Positions 1 through 10,171 of a stretch of 64,000 bases of DNA are shown piece after piece. The notes beneath the pieces were generated by a model. That model did no database searches. It saw nothing but the letters and a program-made list of their open reading frames with translations, and was not told the DNA's origin. Source of the DNA: a virus (lineage: Duplodnaviria; Caudoviricetes); IMG/VR virus record IMGVR_UViG_3300030376_005461, positions 2,850 to 66,849 of that record. One strand, given 5' to 3'. The number at the start of each line of letters is the position of its first letter. Positions within the stretch are counted from its first letter, which is position 1. A program made the translations under genes and the position numbers.

Positions 1-3000
1 TATAACGTGTAGTTTAGATGTAGGGCTTACAGTTCCTATTCCTACCTTTCCTAGTGATGTAACCATCCATCTGTAGGAATTTGTATCAATGTTGAAAAGA
101 CCAAATGAACCGCCACCAATACCCGCACTGTCAGCACCGGAAACAAGTCTCCACTCATCTCCGCCTGTACCTGTCGCATCAAGGCTTATCTGTGCGCCTA
201 TAGCATTAGATGAATCCACACTCAATGTAACTTGTCCGGCATCCGAAAGATGAAGTTTGGTATTCGGACTTGTAGTACCTATTCCTAAATTACCACTAGA
301 ATCAAATCTTGCTTTTTCTGCATCTTGTAATCTAAATGATATACCATCGTAAGCATTTATAGAAAGTCCATCGGGGTTAGCCCCACTATGGTCTTGAACT
401 GTGATTGACGGTTGATTGGTGTTTAGGTATCCTTCACGGAAGAAAAGACCTGCACCTGCACCTGCTTCGTATGCGTCAATCAACACGCTACCCTCAACAT
501 GGAGTTTAGCATCGGGGTTTGTTGTGCCTATTCCGACATCACCCGCAGGTTCAATAACTAATCTTGGTGCGCCACCAACTTCATCATAGATAGAGAACCT
601 ATCTGAATTATTTGCTAACTTTCCTAGACTCCATTTATTAGTTCCGCCTTCTGAAAAGAATACTACGCTATACCCATCATCGGGAGTATCTATTTTTATT
701 CCTGCACCTGCGTCTGTTGATTTAAATAATGCTAAAACTTCGTCACTACTTTCAACGTGTAGATTTGCTGATATACCACTATCTGAGATACTAGAAGAAG
801 TAGTACCTATTCCTAGATGACCGTCTTGTGTTAATCTCATGGCTTCAATTTGTGTTCCTGCTTGATTATCAGCAAGCCAAACCAAAGAGTTGTTATTACC
901 TGTACCTGCCCCATTATATCGTAGACCAAAACCATAACTAGAATTGTTACTTTCTCCTTCATTAGAAGAGGGATTATGGTCTACTCTCCAAATACCTATA
1001 TCTGCATTGTTAGAACCTGTTCTAAGTGCAAAGTTACCACTTCCGGGTTTTATTCTCATTTCCCCATTAATATCTAATTTATATTCGGGAGCAGTAGTAC
1101 CTATCCCAACCTTGCCCGTAGTATCAATTGTCATAGCAACCGCATCAGTAGTATTTTGATGATTAGTAAAATTTAATTTTCCATTACTATCTCTTTCCAT
1201 AATCCAATAAAAATTATTATTGTAAGATAATCGAAGTTGATTGCCCGTAGTCGAATGAAGGTCTAACAAACTTCCGGGATTTTCAGTACCTATTCCTATT
1301 CTTCCGCCTAATGGTTGTAATGAAATATGTCTTGCCGCATTAGCAGAAGTTCTGCCTTGAATCCAAAGAGAGTAAGGTGAGTCGTTATCTAAACCAAATG
1401 CAAACTCCGAGTTTTCATTTTGTAATATCTGTCCTGCCGCCGCACCAAATGTCAACGAGGGTGCAATAGTTGAGGGTGCATCTACATGAAGTTTAGCGGC
1501 AGGTGAAGTAGTGCCAATTCCGACATTACCATCTTCTAAGATACGCATTCTTTCTGTACCTGCGTCTTCAGTTCCATCTGCTCCTGTATGAAATCTAATA
1601 GTAGTAGCCGGTTCACCCGAACCTGTTCCGCCCCCTAGATAAAGAGAATTATATCCATCGGCGGAATATCCATAAATTCCTGTCCATATATTTGTACCTG
1701 CATAAGTTTCAAACATTAACCTACCATCTTTAGCGGTATCTGCCGCTTCACTACTAGAAGCCAATATATTTCCAATAACGTGTAATTTTTCAGTTGGAGA
1801 ATTAGTTCCTATTCCGACTCTTTGTGTGCTACCATCGAATCTAACATATTCAGTAGAACCCGCTTCTATTATTACATCACCATCGGCTTCTAACTCAATA
1901 TGACCATCTGCTCCTATATGCAAATCTTCTGATGAATCTGTATCAGCAAAAATATATGTATCAGTAGAATCAAAGTAAATACGTTTATTTTCTGCTATCG
2001 TTAAATTACCTGCTAATGTTACATCAGCACTTGAAGTAGTAATAGCAGTAGTTCCATCACTCGCTATAATATTATTACTACCTAATTTTAAATTTGAAAC
2101 TGTAAATGTTCCCCCATCGGCAGTTACGTGTAAGAACTGATTCTTTGCACCTTGTCCGGTATACATTCTAGTAATACCAAAAGCATCTTGTTCAATGTGT
2201 GTACTACTATCTGTACCTGTACCATTCTTTATTTCAATACCCGAAACTGTTGCACTATTACCTGCACTACCTACATTGTTAACTATTAATCCTGTAACTA
2301 AACCTGTTGTATCGTCTTCAATATGTAATAGAGCAGAAGGAGAAGTAGTACCTATTCCTACATTACCACCACCTGTTAATGTCATTGTGTCGTTGGCAGT
2401 AGCCCCATCAGCAAAGGTTAAGAAGTGCATATCCCCATGATTGTCTGTGATGTCGGTTACTCTACCTACTATTGCACCCAAATGATTGTATTGATTTGCG
2501 TTTGAAGCGTTGTTATCTTGATTTGATAAAATTAATGAAGCAGTATTAGCAGTAGTGCTACCGTTTCTAGCGCCTTGAATTGTAAGTGCGGAATCTCGGC
2601 CACTGTCTAGTGTTGGTGCTACAAGTAAGACGGGGGGTTCTGTCAAACCCGTTGCGCCCGTATTAGCCTTAACTGTAAAAGTAGTACCATCGTAATTTAA
2701 GTTTGATTCTGCTTGAACGGCGCTTGTTCCATTACCTGTCAAAACTGCATTACTTGTAAGTGATGTCGCACCTGTTCCACCTTTTGCTACTGTTACTGTA
2801 TCGGATAGTGTAGAACCTGCGACAGTTACAGTAATATCAGCAGTACCATCAAAGTTAACACCATTAATTGCTCTAGCAGTTGCTAATTTAGTAGCAGTAG
2901 CCGCATTACCTGTAGTTGAACCGGAAGTACCACTTACGTTACCTGTTACATTTCCGGTAACATTTCCGGTAACATCTGCAACAATACCTGCCGTAACAGA

Positions 3001-5475
3001 CATAACACCTGCGGGAGTAATACTTACTCTTGTGTTAGTGTGTAAATTAGCATTAGAGTTATCTTGACTTATTTTAAAAATATCCCCATCACTATTATCT
3101 ACCCCTACACTCCAAACAGTTCCACCTGCTTCAAAGAACATACCTGCATCTCCCGAACCTGCATTTCCAATCTTAAGAAGTGGGAAAGTGCTACTATTAT
3201 TTTTTTGAAGATATAATTCAGCAGTACCATGAGGCGCACCACCTATACCTACTTTGTCGGCTAATCTTGTAATAGCACTTTGATGCGCAGTAGTTACAGT
3301 AGCGGCAGTACCACTTGCGTTTCCTGTTAAATCTCCTACAAAACCACCACTTGAATAGAAGGCTTTATTTACGGCTAATCTATTGTCTGAGTGAACCCAT
3401 GTCAAAGTAGGTACAGTACCGGAAGACCAAGCACCAAAGGTTAAACCTGCCCCATTAGTAGCGGAAGAAGTAGTAGCCCCTTTACCTACTGTAATATTCA
3501 AATCTTCAACATCAAGTGTAGCGGTATTTAGTGTGGTAGTAGTGCCATTTATAGTTAGATTTCCTGTAATAGTAGTATCTTTATTTAGTTGGATATTATC
3601 ATGTTCAAAAAGTGCTACTAATTCTTCTCCCCCCGAACCTGCGGTAGAACTGTTTGCTTTTATTTTTATATTTCCGCTTGGCGCTCTATTGTGTAAAATA
3701 ATTGTACCATTGTTTACGGACATAAAGTTTCTTTCATCACCGTTAGTATCTCTATATGTCATTATAGGTTCTTCTCCATCTCCCGCACCTTCACTTGCTA
3801 GACCCCATTTAATACTACCATTTTTTTGAATAGTAAGTAATTCTTGACTTGTACCGTAAAACTTAGCAATATCACCATTTCCGTCTTGTTCTACTCTAAG
3901 TGTTTCAAGCGAATTATTGTCTAATTTAAATTTGGCTCGACCATCGGTAGTTATAAAACCACCGGCAGTAATAGTGCCTGTTGTGATATCGTTAGCATCA
4001 TTTTTTAGGAAAGCATCATCTACATCAAAAGTAGTACCGACTAATGAAATATTAGTTCCTGCTGAATAGGTTGTGTTAGTATTAGTATCTGTAGAGAATA
4101 TTGTGATAGTAGAATCATCGCCTCTTGCTACAGTTGTAGCACCACTACCTACAAACTTTACATCATCTGTGCTTGAATCGCTTCCTGTCAAACGTAGTTT
4201 TGTACCACTTGAATTTACTACACTAGTAGTATAAGTAGTACCTGTACCACCACCACCTGCGGTTGCCGACCATTCAAGTTTGCCGCCTGTTATTGTTAAA
4301 ACATCTCCATCACTCCCATAATTACTTCTGTTAGTACTCAATACATCATGATACTCTTGTTGAGGTAGCAAAGTTTTACGAGTTCTATAAATACCATCCG
4401 CTATTTGTGTAAAGTTCCAATCACCGTGAATAGTCGGTCTTTGTACAGACTGTATTTCACTACCTTCGATAGCAGTTGTATCCGGCCCATATAATCTACC
4501 GCCGGACTCAATCTCTAAATGGTTACACGACAATATACTAGAAGCAGGTAAAATAAATTTTTTATTAGCCGCATAACCTATTATAATTTTATTATATTTA
4601 GTGCTAAAATCAAATACAGTATTAACTCCAAATTTATAATGAACAGTATCTCTATATGACCCGCTAACAGGAAGATAACTAGTAGTAGTTACAGGAGTAA
4701 ATCTTACGGTACTATTACCCCAAAAGAAAGTATCAGTTAATATAATCAAATTACCTTCTAAATTAAAAGTTTTATCAAAGTCGGCTTCGGTTTGTCTAGC
4801 AGGACTAATTTTAAAATTAGCATCTACTGTTAAGTTTAGAATATCTACAGTCGGATAAGATATAGTAGATAAATTATTTAAAGGCGCAGTAGCGCTTAAA
4901 GTACAAGTATTACTACTTGCTACACCCTGTAAATTAGGATAAACACCGTTAGTTAACTCTAAAGTTATATTAGTGCCGGGTTCAAATTTAAAAGTAAATC
5001 TACTCCTATTAGTACTATTACTAAACATACCATGTTCTGCGGTATTTAAATCTGTATCTATAGAAGAATCAAATTTAATATAGGTGTTATCTGAATTTAC
5101 CGCTCCTGTAAATTTAATAGTAGCATCATGTGAGGCTTGTAGACAATTAGCCTTTTTAATGAATAGTCCACCCACACCTAAAGTTAAAGTAACACTAGAC
5201 CCTACAAACTGTACAGGAACAGAAGACGAATAACTAGAATGAGCATCAGCCCTTTCTATAATAGTTAAACTTTTAAAAGTAGTATTAGCAGTTATAAACA
5301 TAGCATTTACATTTAAAGCACTGTTACCATATTGACCTACTATTACATCGTGTGCTGATAAATCTCCACCATTCCAATTACCATTACTTATTTGTGCGCC
5401 GCTTGTAGCATGGTCTGTCCAAGAACTTTGAGCAGTAGGGTCAGTACTACTACCTTTCCAATAAATTGTTGCCAT
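1..5475 (-). CDS. Large fibre/adhesin-like virion protein (at least 1825 aa, runs off the window start)
   Basis: Absent from the ORF track because no stop lies in the window. Manual translation from ATG 5475 (MATIYWKGSSTDPT...) stays open to base 1. Gly/Thr/Ser-rich with about nine (V/I)GIGTxxP..KLH repeats typical of phage fibre proteins. Confidence 0.8.
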   Translation of the reverse strand, partial: MATIYWKGSSTDPTAQSSWTDHATSGAQISNGNWNGGDLSAHDVIVGQYGNSALNVNAMFITANTTFKSLTIIERADAHSSYSSSVPVQFVGSSVTLTLGVGGLFIKKANCLQASHDATIKFTGAVNSDNTYIKFDSSIDTDLNTAEHGMFSNSTNRSRFTFKFEPGTNITLELTNGVYPNLQGVASSNTCTLSATAPLNNLSTISYPTVDILNLTVDANFKISPARQTEADFDKTFNLEGNLIILTDTFFWGNSTVRFTPVTTTSYLPVSGSYRDTVHYKFGVNTVFDFSTKYNKIIIGYAANKKFILPASSILSCNHLEIESGGRLYGPDTTAIEGSEIQSVQRPTIHGDWNFTQIADGIYRTRKTLLPQQEYHDVLSTNRSNYGSDGDVLTITGGKLEWSATAGGGGTGTTYTTSVVNSSGTKLRLTGSDSSTDDVKFVGSGATTVARGDDSTITIFSTDTNTNTTYSAGTNISLVGTTFDVDDAFLKNDANDITTGTITAGGFITTDGRAKFKLDNNSLETLRVEQDGNGDIAKFYGTSQELLTIQKNGSIKWGLASEGAGDGEEPIMTYRDTNGDERNFMSVNNGTIILHNRAPSGNIKIKANSSTAGSGGEELVALFEHDNIQLNKDTTITGNLTINGTTTTLNTATLDVEDLNITVGKGATTSSATNGAGLTFGAWSSGTVPTLTWVHSDNRLAVNKAFYSSGGFVGDLTGNASGTAATVTTAHQSAITRLADKVGIGGAPHGTAELYLQKNNSSTFPLLKIGNAGSGDAGMFFEAGGTVWSVGVDNSDGDIFKISQDNSNANLHTNTRVSITPAGVMSVTAGIVADVTGNVTGNVTGNVSGTSGSTTGNAATATKLATARAINGVNFDGTADITVTVAGSTLSDTVTVAKGGTGATSLTSNAVLTGNGTSAVQAESNLNYDGTTFTVKANTGATGLTEPPVLLVAPTLDSGRDSALTIQGARNGSTTANTASLILSNQDNNASNANQYNHLGAIVGRVTDITDNHGDMHFLTFADGATANDTMTLTGGGNVGIGTTSPSALLHIEDDTTGLVTGLIVNNVGSAGNSATVSGIEIKNGTGTDSSTHIEQDAFGITRMYTGQGAKNQFLHVTADGGTFTVSNLKLGSNNIIASDGTTAITTSSADVTLAGNLTIAENKRIYFDSTDTYIFADTDSSEDLHIGADGHIELEADGDVIIEAGSTEYVRFDGSTQRVGIGTNSPTEKLHVIGNILASSSEAADTAKDGRLMFETYAGTNIWTGIYGYSADGYNSLYLGGGTGSGEPATTIRFHTGADGTEDAGTERMRILEDGNVGIGTTSPAAKLHVDAPSTIAPSLTFGAAAGQILQNENSEFAFGLDNDSPYSLWIQGRTSANAARHISLQPLGGRIGIGTENPGSLLDLHSTTGNQLRLSYNNNFYWIMERDSNGKLNFTNHQNTTDAVAMTIDTTGKVGIGTTAPEYKLDINGEMRIKPGSGNFALRTGSNNADIGIWRVDHNPSSNEGESNNSSYGFGLRYNGAGTGNNNSLVWLADNQAGTQIEAMRLTQDGHLGIGTTSSSISDSGISANLHVESSDEVLALFKSTDAGAGIKIDTPDDGYSVVFFSEGGTNKWSLGKLANNSDRFSIYDEVGGAPRLVIEPAGDVGIGTTNPDAKLHVEGSVLIDAYEAGAGAGLFFREGYLNTNQPSITVQDHSGANPDGLSINAYDGISFRLQDAEKARFDSSGNLGIGTTSPNTKLHLSDAGQVTLSVDSSNAIGAQISLDATGTGGDEWRLVSGADSAGIGGGSFGLFNIDTNSYRWMVTSLGKVGIGTVSPTSKLHVI

Positions 5476-5486
5476 AATCTAACCCC

Positions 5487-5921
5487 CTAATTAGTGGGGT
5501 GAATACTACCGCTCAATTGGCTTGTTGTTGTGCCACCCACTCTTGTTTTTGTGGCTTTGACTTTGAACGCAGAACCACCTTTTTCTTCTATTGCCGCCAT
5601 AGCCTGTGTAGCAGACTTCTGAAACGAATTTAGTTGTGCGGCAAATCTTATATCTTGTGTTCCTCTTTCTTTTTCGGGAACAAAAGTAGGTATAGTATCT
5701 ATTAATACTCTTAGACAATCTACCGCTACAAGAAATTTTATAGCAGATTCTTTTAAGGTATCACTAGGAGCATCATCAGATGTAACTCCTACATAATCAG
5801 CCTTACGTGCTTTTTTATTAACTTCAGCAGTACGGATAGTAATGTATTCTGTAATTGTTCCTTCAACTAACCCTCTAGGTCTGTTGAGTAAATCTCTAAT
5901 TTGTGATGTCGTTACTGCCAT
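5487..5921 (-). CDS. Putative head-tail connector/adaptor
   Basis: Likely start MAVTTSQIRDLL at 5921 after a GGTGG RBS. Size, helical pattern (LKESAIKFLVAVDCLRVL) and position downstream of the capsid genes fit gp6/gp15-like adaptors. Confidence 0.5.
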   Translation of the reverse strand: MAVTTSQIRDLLNRPRGLVEGTITEYITIRTAEVNKKARKADYVGVTSDDAPSDTLKESAIKFLVAVDCLRVLIDTIPTFVPEKERGTQDIRFAAQLNSFQKSATQAMAAIEEKGGSAFKVKATKTRVGGTTTSQLSGSIHPTN

Positions 5922-6261
5922 GTTGCCACCTACTATCGTAGTCCGATGGTACATCTATAACAATAGCGTCTTTTGAAGGTTTGTTTGTTCTACCTAAGAT
6001 GAGTACTAAACGGGTATTAATTATACTGTCAGCCATATCACTATTAGGCATCCAATATAATTTATCTTTGTTATCCAATAACGATATAGGGTGTTCAGCA
6101 TATAACTTATTTGGATTTTTTAATAATCTAAAAAGAAAGCCTTCGCCGCCTTTCCAATATTGTAATCTGTGTTTCATATCTGCTATCTTTGCAGAAGCAG
6201 GTACTTCTATCTGTGCTTTCTTTAAATCCTTAACTAAGGATGCTTTGGAAGGGTTTGGCAT
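5896..6261 (-). CDS. Hypothetical protein with N-terminal SAP/HeH-like helix pair
   Basis: MPNPSKASLVKDLKKAQIEVPASAKIADMKHRL resembles HeH/SAP DNA-binding motifs. Start moved to ATG 6261. Confidence 0.4.
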   Translation of the reverse strand: MPNPSKASLVKDLKKAQIEVPASAKIADMKHRLQYWKGGEGFLFRLLKNPNKLYAEHPISLLDNKDKLYWMPNSDMADSIINTRLVLILGRTNKPSKDAIVIDVPSDYDSRWQHGSNDITN

Positions 6262-6266
6262 ACTTC

Positions 6267-6410
6267 TCACTCTTTCTTTGCTTTCTTCTTAGAAGCCGCT
6301 TTTTTCTTAGGTGCGGCTTTCTTTTTAGCAGGTTCAACAAGTTTCATAACTTGCCTTTTACCAACCATTGATACTTCCCATAGTCCGGCTTCGTCTTCAA
6401 ATGTTTCCAC
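6267..6410 (-). CDS. 47-aa microprotein with Lys/Ala-rich histone H1-like tail
   Basis: Not in track. GTG 6410 after a GGTGAT RBS: METFEDEAGLWEVSMVGKRQVMKLVEPAKKKAAPKKKAASKKKAKKE*. Stop is coupled to the next gene. Confidence 0.7.
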   Translation of the reverse strand: METFEDEAGLWEVSMVGKRQVMKLVEPAKKKAAPKKKAASKKKAKKE

Positions 6411-6420
6411 TTAAATCACC

Positions 6421-6837
6421 TTAAAGATGGTAGTAACCTGTAACATAAACGTGTAAAGCAGGGTTATCTGTATTTCCACCTGTAGAAGTAACTTTAAGAG
6501 TACCACCTGCGGCAATTTCCATATTAGCGTCATTGATTTCTCCCGCTCTTACAATATCTCTATCATCAGCAGAAGCAATTGATATAGCGTCGGTTATTTC
6601 ACTACTACCATTAAAGACTTGATAAGCGTCGCTTGTTGTTCCATCACCACCTACTAGGATTGCGTGTGCGTCTATAACTGTAAATTTTCTTTCCATAGTT
6701 ACAGATACCGAGTTAGTACCGCCTGTAGCAGTATCAATTCGTAGTACAACAGGTATGAATCCGAAGTTTTCTCCGTCATCCATAGCCCTAACAAGGCGAC
6801 CATCCATTACTGCTTGTAATTTTCTGTTTTGTGGCAT
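6421..6837 (-). CDS. Capsid-associated (cement/decoration-like) protein
   Basis: 138 aa, beta-rich, directly downstream of the major capsid gene. Confidence 0.45.
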   Translation of the reverse strand: MPQNRKLQAVMDGRLVRAMDDGENFGFIPVVLRIDTATGGTNSVSVTMERKFTVIDAHAILVGGDGTTSDAYQVFNGSSEITDAISIASADDRDIVRAGEINDANMEIAAGGTLKVTSTGGNTDNPALHVYVTGYYHL

Positions 6838-6849
6838 TCAAGTTCCCCC

Positions 6850-7746
6850 TTAAGCCACGCCTGTTATCTTTAGAATTCTGTTATTTGTTCCGGCACTTGC
6901 ACCATCTTGGTGTTCGTGAATAACTGTTCCCATAAAAGAAGTTAATAACCAATCATATCCTATACCCGGAAGACGAGTTAATTCTGTCTCCATGAAACCT
7001 TCTCCGTTGTATTGGAAGAATTCTGCACTTTCTGAACCGGGAATCATTAGGATTGCAGTATTTGCTACTGAGGAATCCCTTGAGTAGTAAACTGTTAAGT
7101 TTGCTATTCTTCCCATGTGGTCTGCCAAAGATTCTACGACGTTACCAAACAATTGTGTGTTTAGCATAGCGCTTCTCTTTGAAGCAGGAAGGATAAGAGC
7201 CAATGGCTCGTCACCGGAAACTCTAGCGTTAGCAAAGATTAAATCCATAGCGGCCAAAAGGTCGCCTTCTTCATCTGCACCTGCACTTCCGAATGTTGAG
7301 GAAGCCGCTAATGTTTGTCCTGCACCTGCTACTAGAGCAGATAAGATAGTAGCATCAATTTTGTCAGCCCTTGCACGAACTATTCCTAATTGTTGCCTGT
7401 CAATGTTTTCCCATGATTCTCCACGTAGTCTTACGGAGTCCAAGAAAGTAACTCTACCTTGTCCTTTTTGTAGTTTTGCAGTATAATTTTTTGTACCAAC
7501 ATTTGTTGGGTCAACTATTGCGTTATCATCTAATGGGAAAGAGAAACTTCCGTTAACTCCTGTATACCATTTGAAATCCATCCATGGAACGGAGCGAACT
7601 CCTACCACTTTTGTTCCAACCGCTATTGTGGTTGATTGTAATTGGATGAAGTCTCTTAGAGTTTGCTCTATAACTGCATCGCCTGTGCTAAATGGGCCTG
7701 TTGCCGCTTCTACTTTTAATATATTTTCTAGTGTATCATTTGCCAT
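6850..7746 (-). CDS. Major capsid protein, HK97 fold
   Basis: 298 aa with strong GGAGATGA RBS, in the portal-protease-decoration-MCP order. Pattern RARADKIDATIL...ALILP matches HK97-like capsids. Confidence 0.8.
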   Translation of the reverse strand: MANDTLENILKVEAATGPFSTGDAVIEQTLRDFIQLQSTTIAVGTKVVGVRSVPWMDFKWYTGVNGSFSFPLDDNAIVDPTNVGTKNYTAKLQKGQGRVTFLDSVRLRGESWENIDRQQLGIVRARADKIDATILSALVAGAGQTLAASSTFGSAGADEEGDLLAAMDLIFANARVSGDEPLALILPASKRSAMLNTQLFGNVVESLADHMGRIANLTVYYSRDSSVANTAILMIPGSESAEFFQYNGEGFMETELTRLPGIGYDWLLTSFMGTVIHEHQDGASAGTNNRILKITGVA

Positions 7747-7760
7747 TCTTAATCATCTCC

Positions 7761-8207
7761 TTATATGTGTCCTACTCCGCTACAAAGTACGGGAATTAAA
7801 TGTGTTCCGTCATCGTCACTACCGCTTGCGAAACCTGTTCCTAGATATATACCTAATTGTTGACCGGAAGCATCTGCGCTATCAAGAGCAAGTCCGCCCG
7901 CTCCACAATAAACAGGAAGTCCTGTTGTAAAAGTTTGGCTTGCTTTAGCACGAACATATAATAGTCCGTTACAAGGATAAAAAGAAACTGATGCTCCTAC
8001 TGTGAGTAATTGTACTCCTTCTGCATCTCTTTCTGATTCTCCTGCTGAAATTCCTACTGGTAGAACATCTCCACCTGCATGAAGTCTAACTGTATTGTTA
8101 GTACTATCATGTCCTAGTATATATCCTGCTCCTACTACAGGGCCGACTGTTGCCACTCCGCCTGTAGCCATCATATTTCCATCTATTGTATCCATCATAT
8201 TCGGCAT
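7761..8207 (-). CDS. Head decoration protein (gpD/DUF2190-like)
   Basis: 148 aa, Gly-rich beta protein (VLPVGISAGE, FTTGLPVY) between protease and MCP. Confidence 0.55.
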   Translation of the reverse strand: MPNMMDTIDGNMMATGGVATVGPVVGAGYILGHDSTNNTVRLHAGGDVLPVGISAGESERDAEGVQLLTVGASVSFYPCNGLLYVRAKASQTFTTGLPVYCGAGGLALDSADASGQQLGIYLGTGFASGSDDDGTHLIPVLCSGVGHI

Positions 8208-8208
8208 C

Positions 8209-10140
8209 TTAGTTCATCTCCTTTACATCTTTGTACATCGGTGCTTTCATGGTGGACTCATCGCCGGAAAGTGTTCCATTCCATGCTCTAGCCCATGCGT
8301 TCCAACATCGAGAGTAAATATCTTCAGAAGATTCTACAAGAACTCCATTCAAGTAGTTTGCTACTACAGGTTCTTCTTTCTTTGTTTCTTCTGTTGCGAT
8401 AACAGTTGGTGTCTCATCTATAGGTTTCATTTCTACAGGTGTTTCTACCGGATGGGATGATTCCCATGATGCTATCAAAGTCTTTAGTGTATCTGCTTGT
8501 AAGTCATCATGACCGGACATTCCCATTTCTGATGCTTTTGATACTAAAGCCAATCTTTCGTCTTCAATTCTTTGTGATTCTATTGCCTCGTATTCGTTGA
8601 CACGACTGTTAGCCATAACTAAGTCAGCCTTCAATGCCTCGATTTCTGCGGCGTAATCAATTTCTGTATTATCTATTTCTTCTGTCATAGCCTTCACCTT
8701 TTCTGCTTCGCTGATTATCGTAGAGTTTGAATGACTTATAATAGTTGCCTCGACAGAAGCACTATTTTCTATTTTAGTAATCTTTTCTATATTTGCTCTA
8801 GGATAAGCCGGCCTATATACAATCGCCAAATGGTCGAATGTAAAATCTTCTCCGAAGACTATGCCGTTCTCATCAGCAGATACAGGAATACCCGAACCAC
8901 CTATGCTTACTCCGTAATCATCTCTCAACCAAAGACCGGACTCGGCGGCTTCAAATAATTCTGTTCTCAATACGTGTGCTATATATCTAACTTCATAACC
9001 ACCGGCTATTGTTGGAAGGAAGGTAGCAGATTTGATATATCCGACATTTGCCATATCTACTCCACCATCCGTATTCCTGTCGAACCCTGCCCCACCTTCT
9101 TTTGGGTTGGGATGATTTAATGTTAAATCTGCTCCTTCCATCTGTCGAGCCACTTTTCTTGCGCCTTCAGATGTAATAGACCATTTATTTTTATTCATAC
9201 CTTCGTGGAAAGCAACCCCACTTATTTCTATAATAGTATCTCCTGTACTAGCCTCTACAAAAGTATTAGTATTATCTATTGTTAAGTCTAAAGTAACTGC
9301 AACCTTTTGACAAGTACCGTTAATCAATTGCTCCCCTATACCACAAGCATCTTCTGAAGAATATCTTTTAATATATCCTGCTTCTTCTTCTTTCTTATAA
9401 CCATATCCTGCTTCGTGGTCGTCTTCATCGTGAGGTTCGTTTTGGTCTTTAAATGTATGACCTTCGTGTGCTTTCATACATTGTTCTTTAGAATATCCTG
9501 CCGCTTGACATCGTGACATATATTCACCGTGAGTTTCATTAGATTTTGGTGTAGGTTCTGCGGCTTTTTCAGATACATTCATACATTCTCCTTGTTCGGC
9601 GCATTTTGCCTGTGTTGTACAAGAAGAACACACATCGTAATCTGCTTCTGCTTTCTTTTTAATAGGAATGCAATTAGGTACTTTGCGACCATTCTTCATT
9701 TTCATACCGTATTGTTCATAACCTTCTGTACATGGGTCATCTTCTCTTTTTGCTTCGGCATTTTCTTGGCATCCACACCCCTCGTTTGCTTCTACTTTCT
9801 TTCCGCCACGCCATTGTCTACAAGACCAATATCTTGCTTTCCATTTTGGGCCGGGAGAATCACAATTGTGACGACTTCTAAATGCTTTTCTTCTAGCAGG
9901 GTCATCTCTTTTGATTTCCATGTTAGGGTCGCCAAATCTTACTATAACTACTGTTCCGCTACCGTTTTTTGTATAAACACCGAATTTTTTATTTGCTCCG
10001 GGTGTTCTAAAAGGTTTGTTAAGAGTTACCTTTCTACCTTGATATTCTGCGGCTATTGCGTTTTGGTGTTCATCTACTGTATGCTCATTCCAATTTTCAT
10101 ACGCTACTACTTCTCCGCCACAACCGCATCCGCAAGACAT
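8209..10140 (-). CDS. Prohead protease/scaffold fusion with Cys-rich N-terminal mosaic
   Basis: Central protease motifs LTLNHP, YGVSIGG, FDHLAIVYRPAY; C-terminal coiled coil (scaffold-like); about 270-aa N-terminal extension. Confidence 0.75.
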   Translation of the reverse strand: MSCGCGCGGEVVAYENWNEHTVDEHQNAIAAEYQGRKVTLNKPFRTPGANKKFGVYTKNGSGTVVIVRFGDPNMEIKRDDPARRKAFRSRHNCDSPGPKWKARYWSCRQWRGGKKVEANEGCGCQENAEAKREDDPCTEGYEQYGMKMKNGRKVPNCIPIKKKAEADYDVCSSCTTQAKCAEQGECMNVSEKAAEPTPKSNETHGEYMSRCQAAGYSKEQCMKAHEGHTFKDQNEPHDEDDHEAGYGYKKEEEAGYIKRYSSEDACGIGEQLINGTCQKVAVTLDLTIDNTNTFVEASTGDTIIEISGVAFHEGMNKNKWSITSEGARKVARQMEGADLTLNHPNPKEGGAGFDRNTDGGVDMANVGYIKSATFLPTIAGGYEVRYIAHVLRTELFEAAESGLWLRDDYGVSIGGSGIPVSADENGIVFGEDFTFDHLAIVYRPAYPRANIEKITKIENSASVEATIISHSNSTIISEAEKVKAMTEEIDNTEIDYAAEIEALKADLVMANSRVNEYEAIESQRIEDERLALVSKASEMGMSGHDDLQADTLKTLIASWESSHPVETPVEMKPIDETPTVIATEETKKEEPVVANYLNGVLVESSEDIYSRCWNAWARAWNGTLSGDESTMKAPMYKDVKEMN

Positions 10141-10171
10141 GAAGTGTCAAGACAATTGGTGTTTTATTAAG

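Noticed and set aside
1-2370. Diversity-generating retroelement in the fibre repeats
   Set aside because: No reverse transcriptase in the window and no near-identical template/variable repeat pair differing at adenines; the repeats are conserved at protein level only.
2940-2990. Short tandem repeat ACATTTCCGGTA
   Set aside because: Encodes the common fibre motif TGNVTGNV; explained by the protein.
944-3829. Plus-strand track ORFs 944-1159, 2195-2440 and 3533-3829
   Set aside because: Antisense shadows of the long minus-strand fibre gene.
7115-10170. Plus-strand ORFs overlapping capsid and protease genes (also 11772-12098, 48651-57015, 60049-63293)
   Set aside because: Antisense shadows of well-supported minus-strand structural genes; no RBS or promoter, implausible composition.
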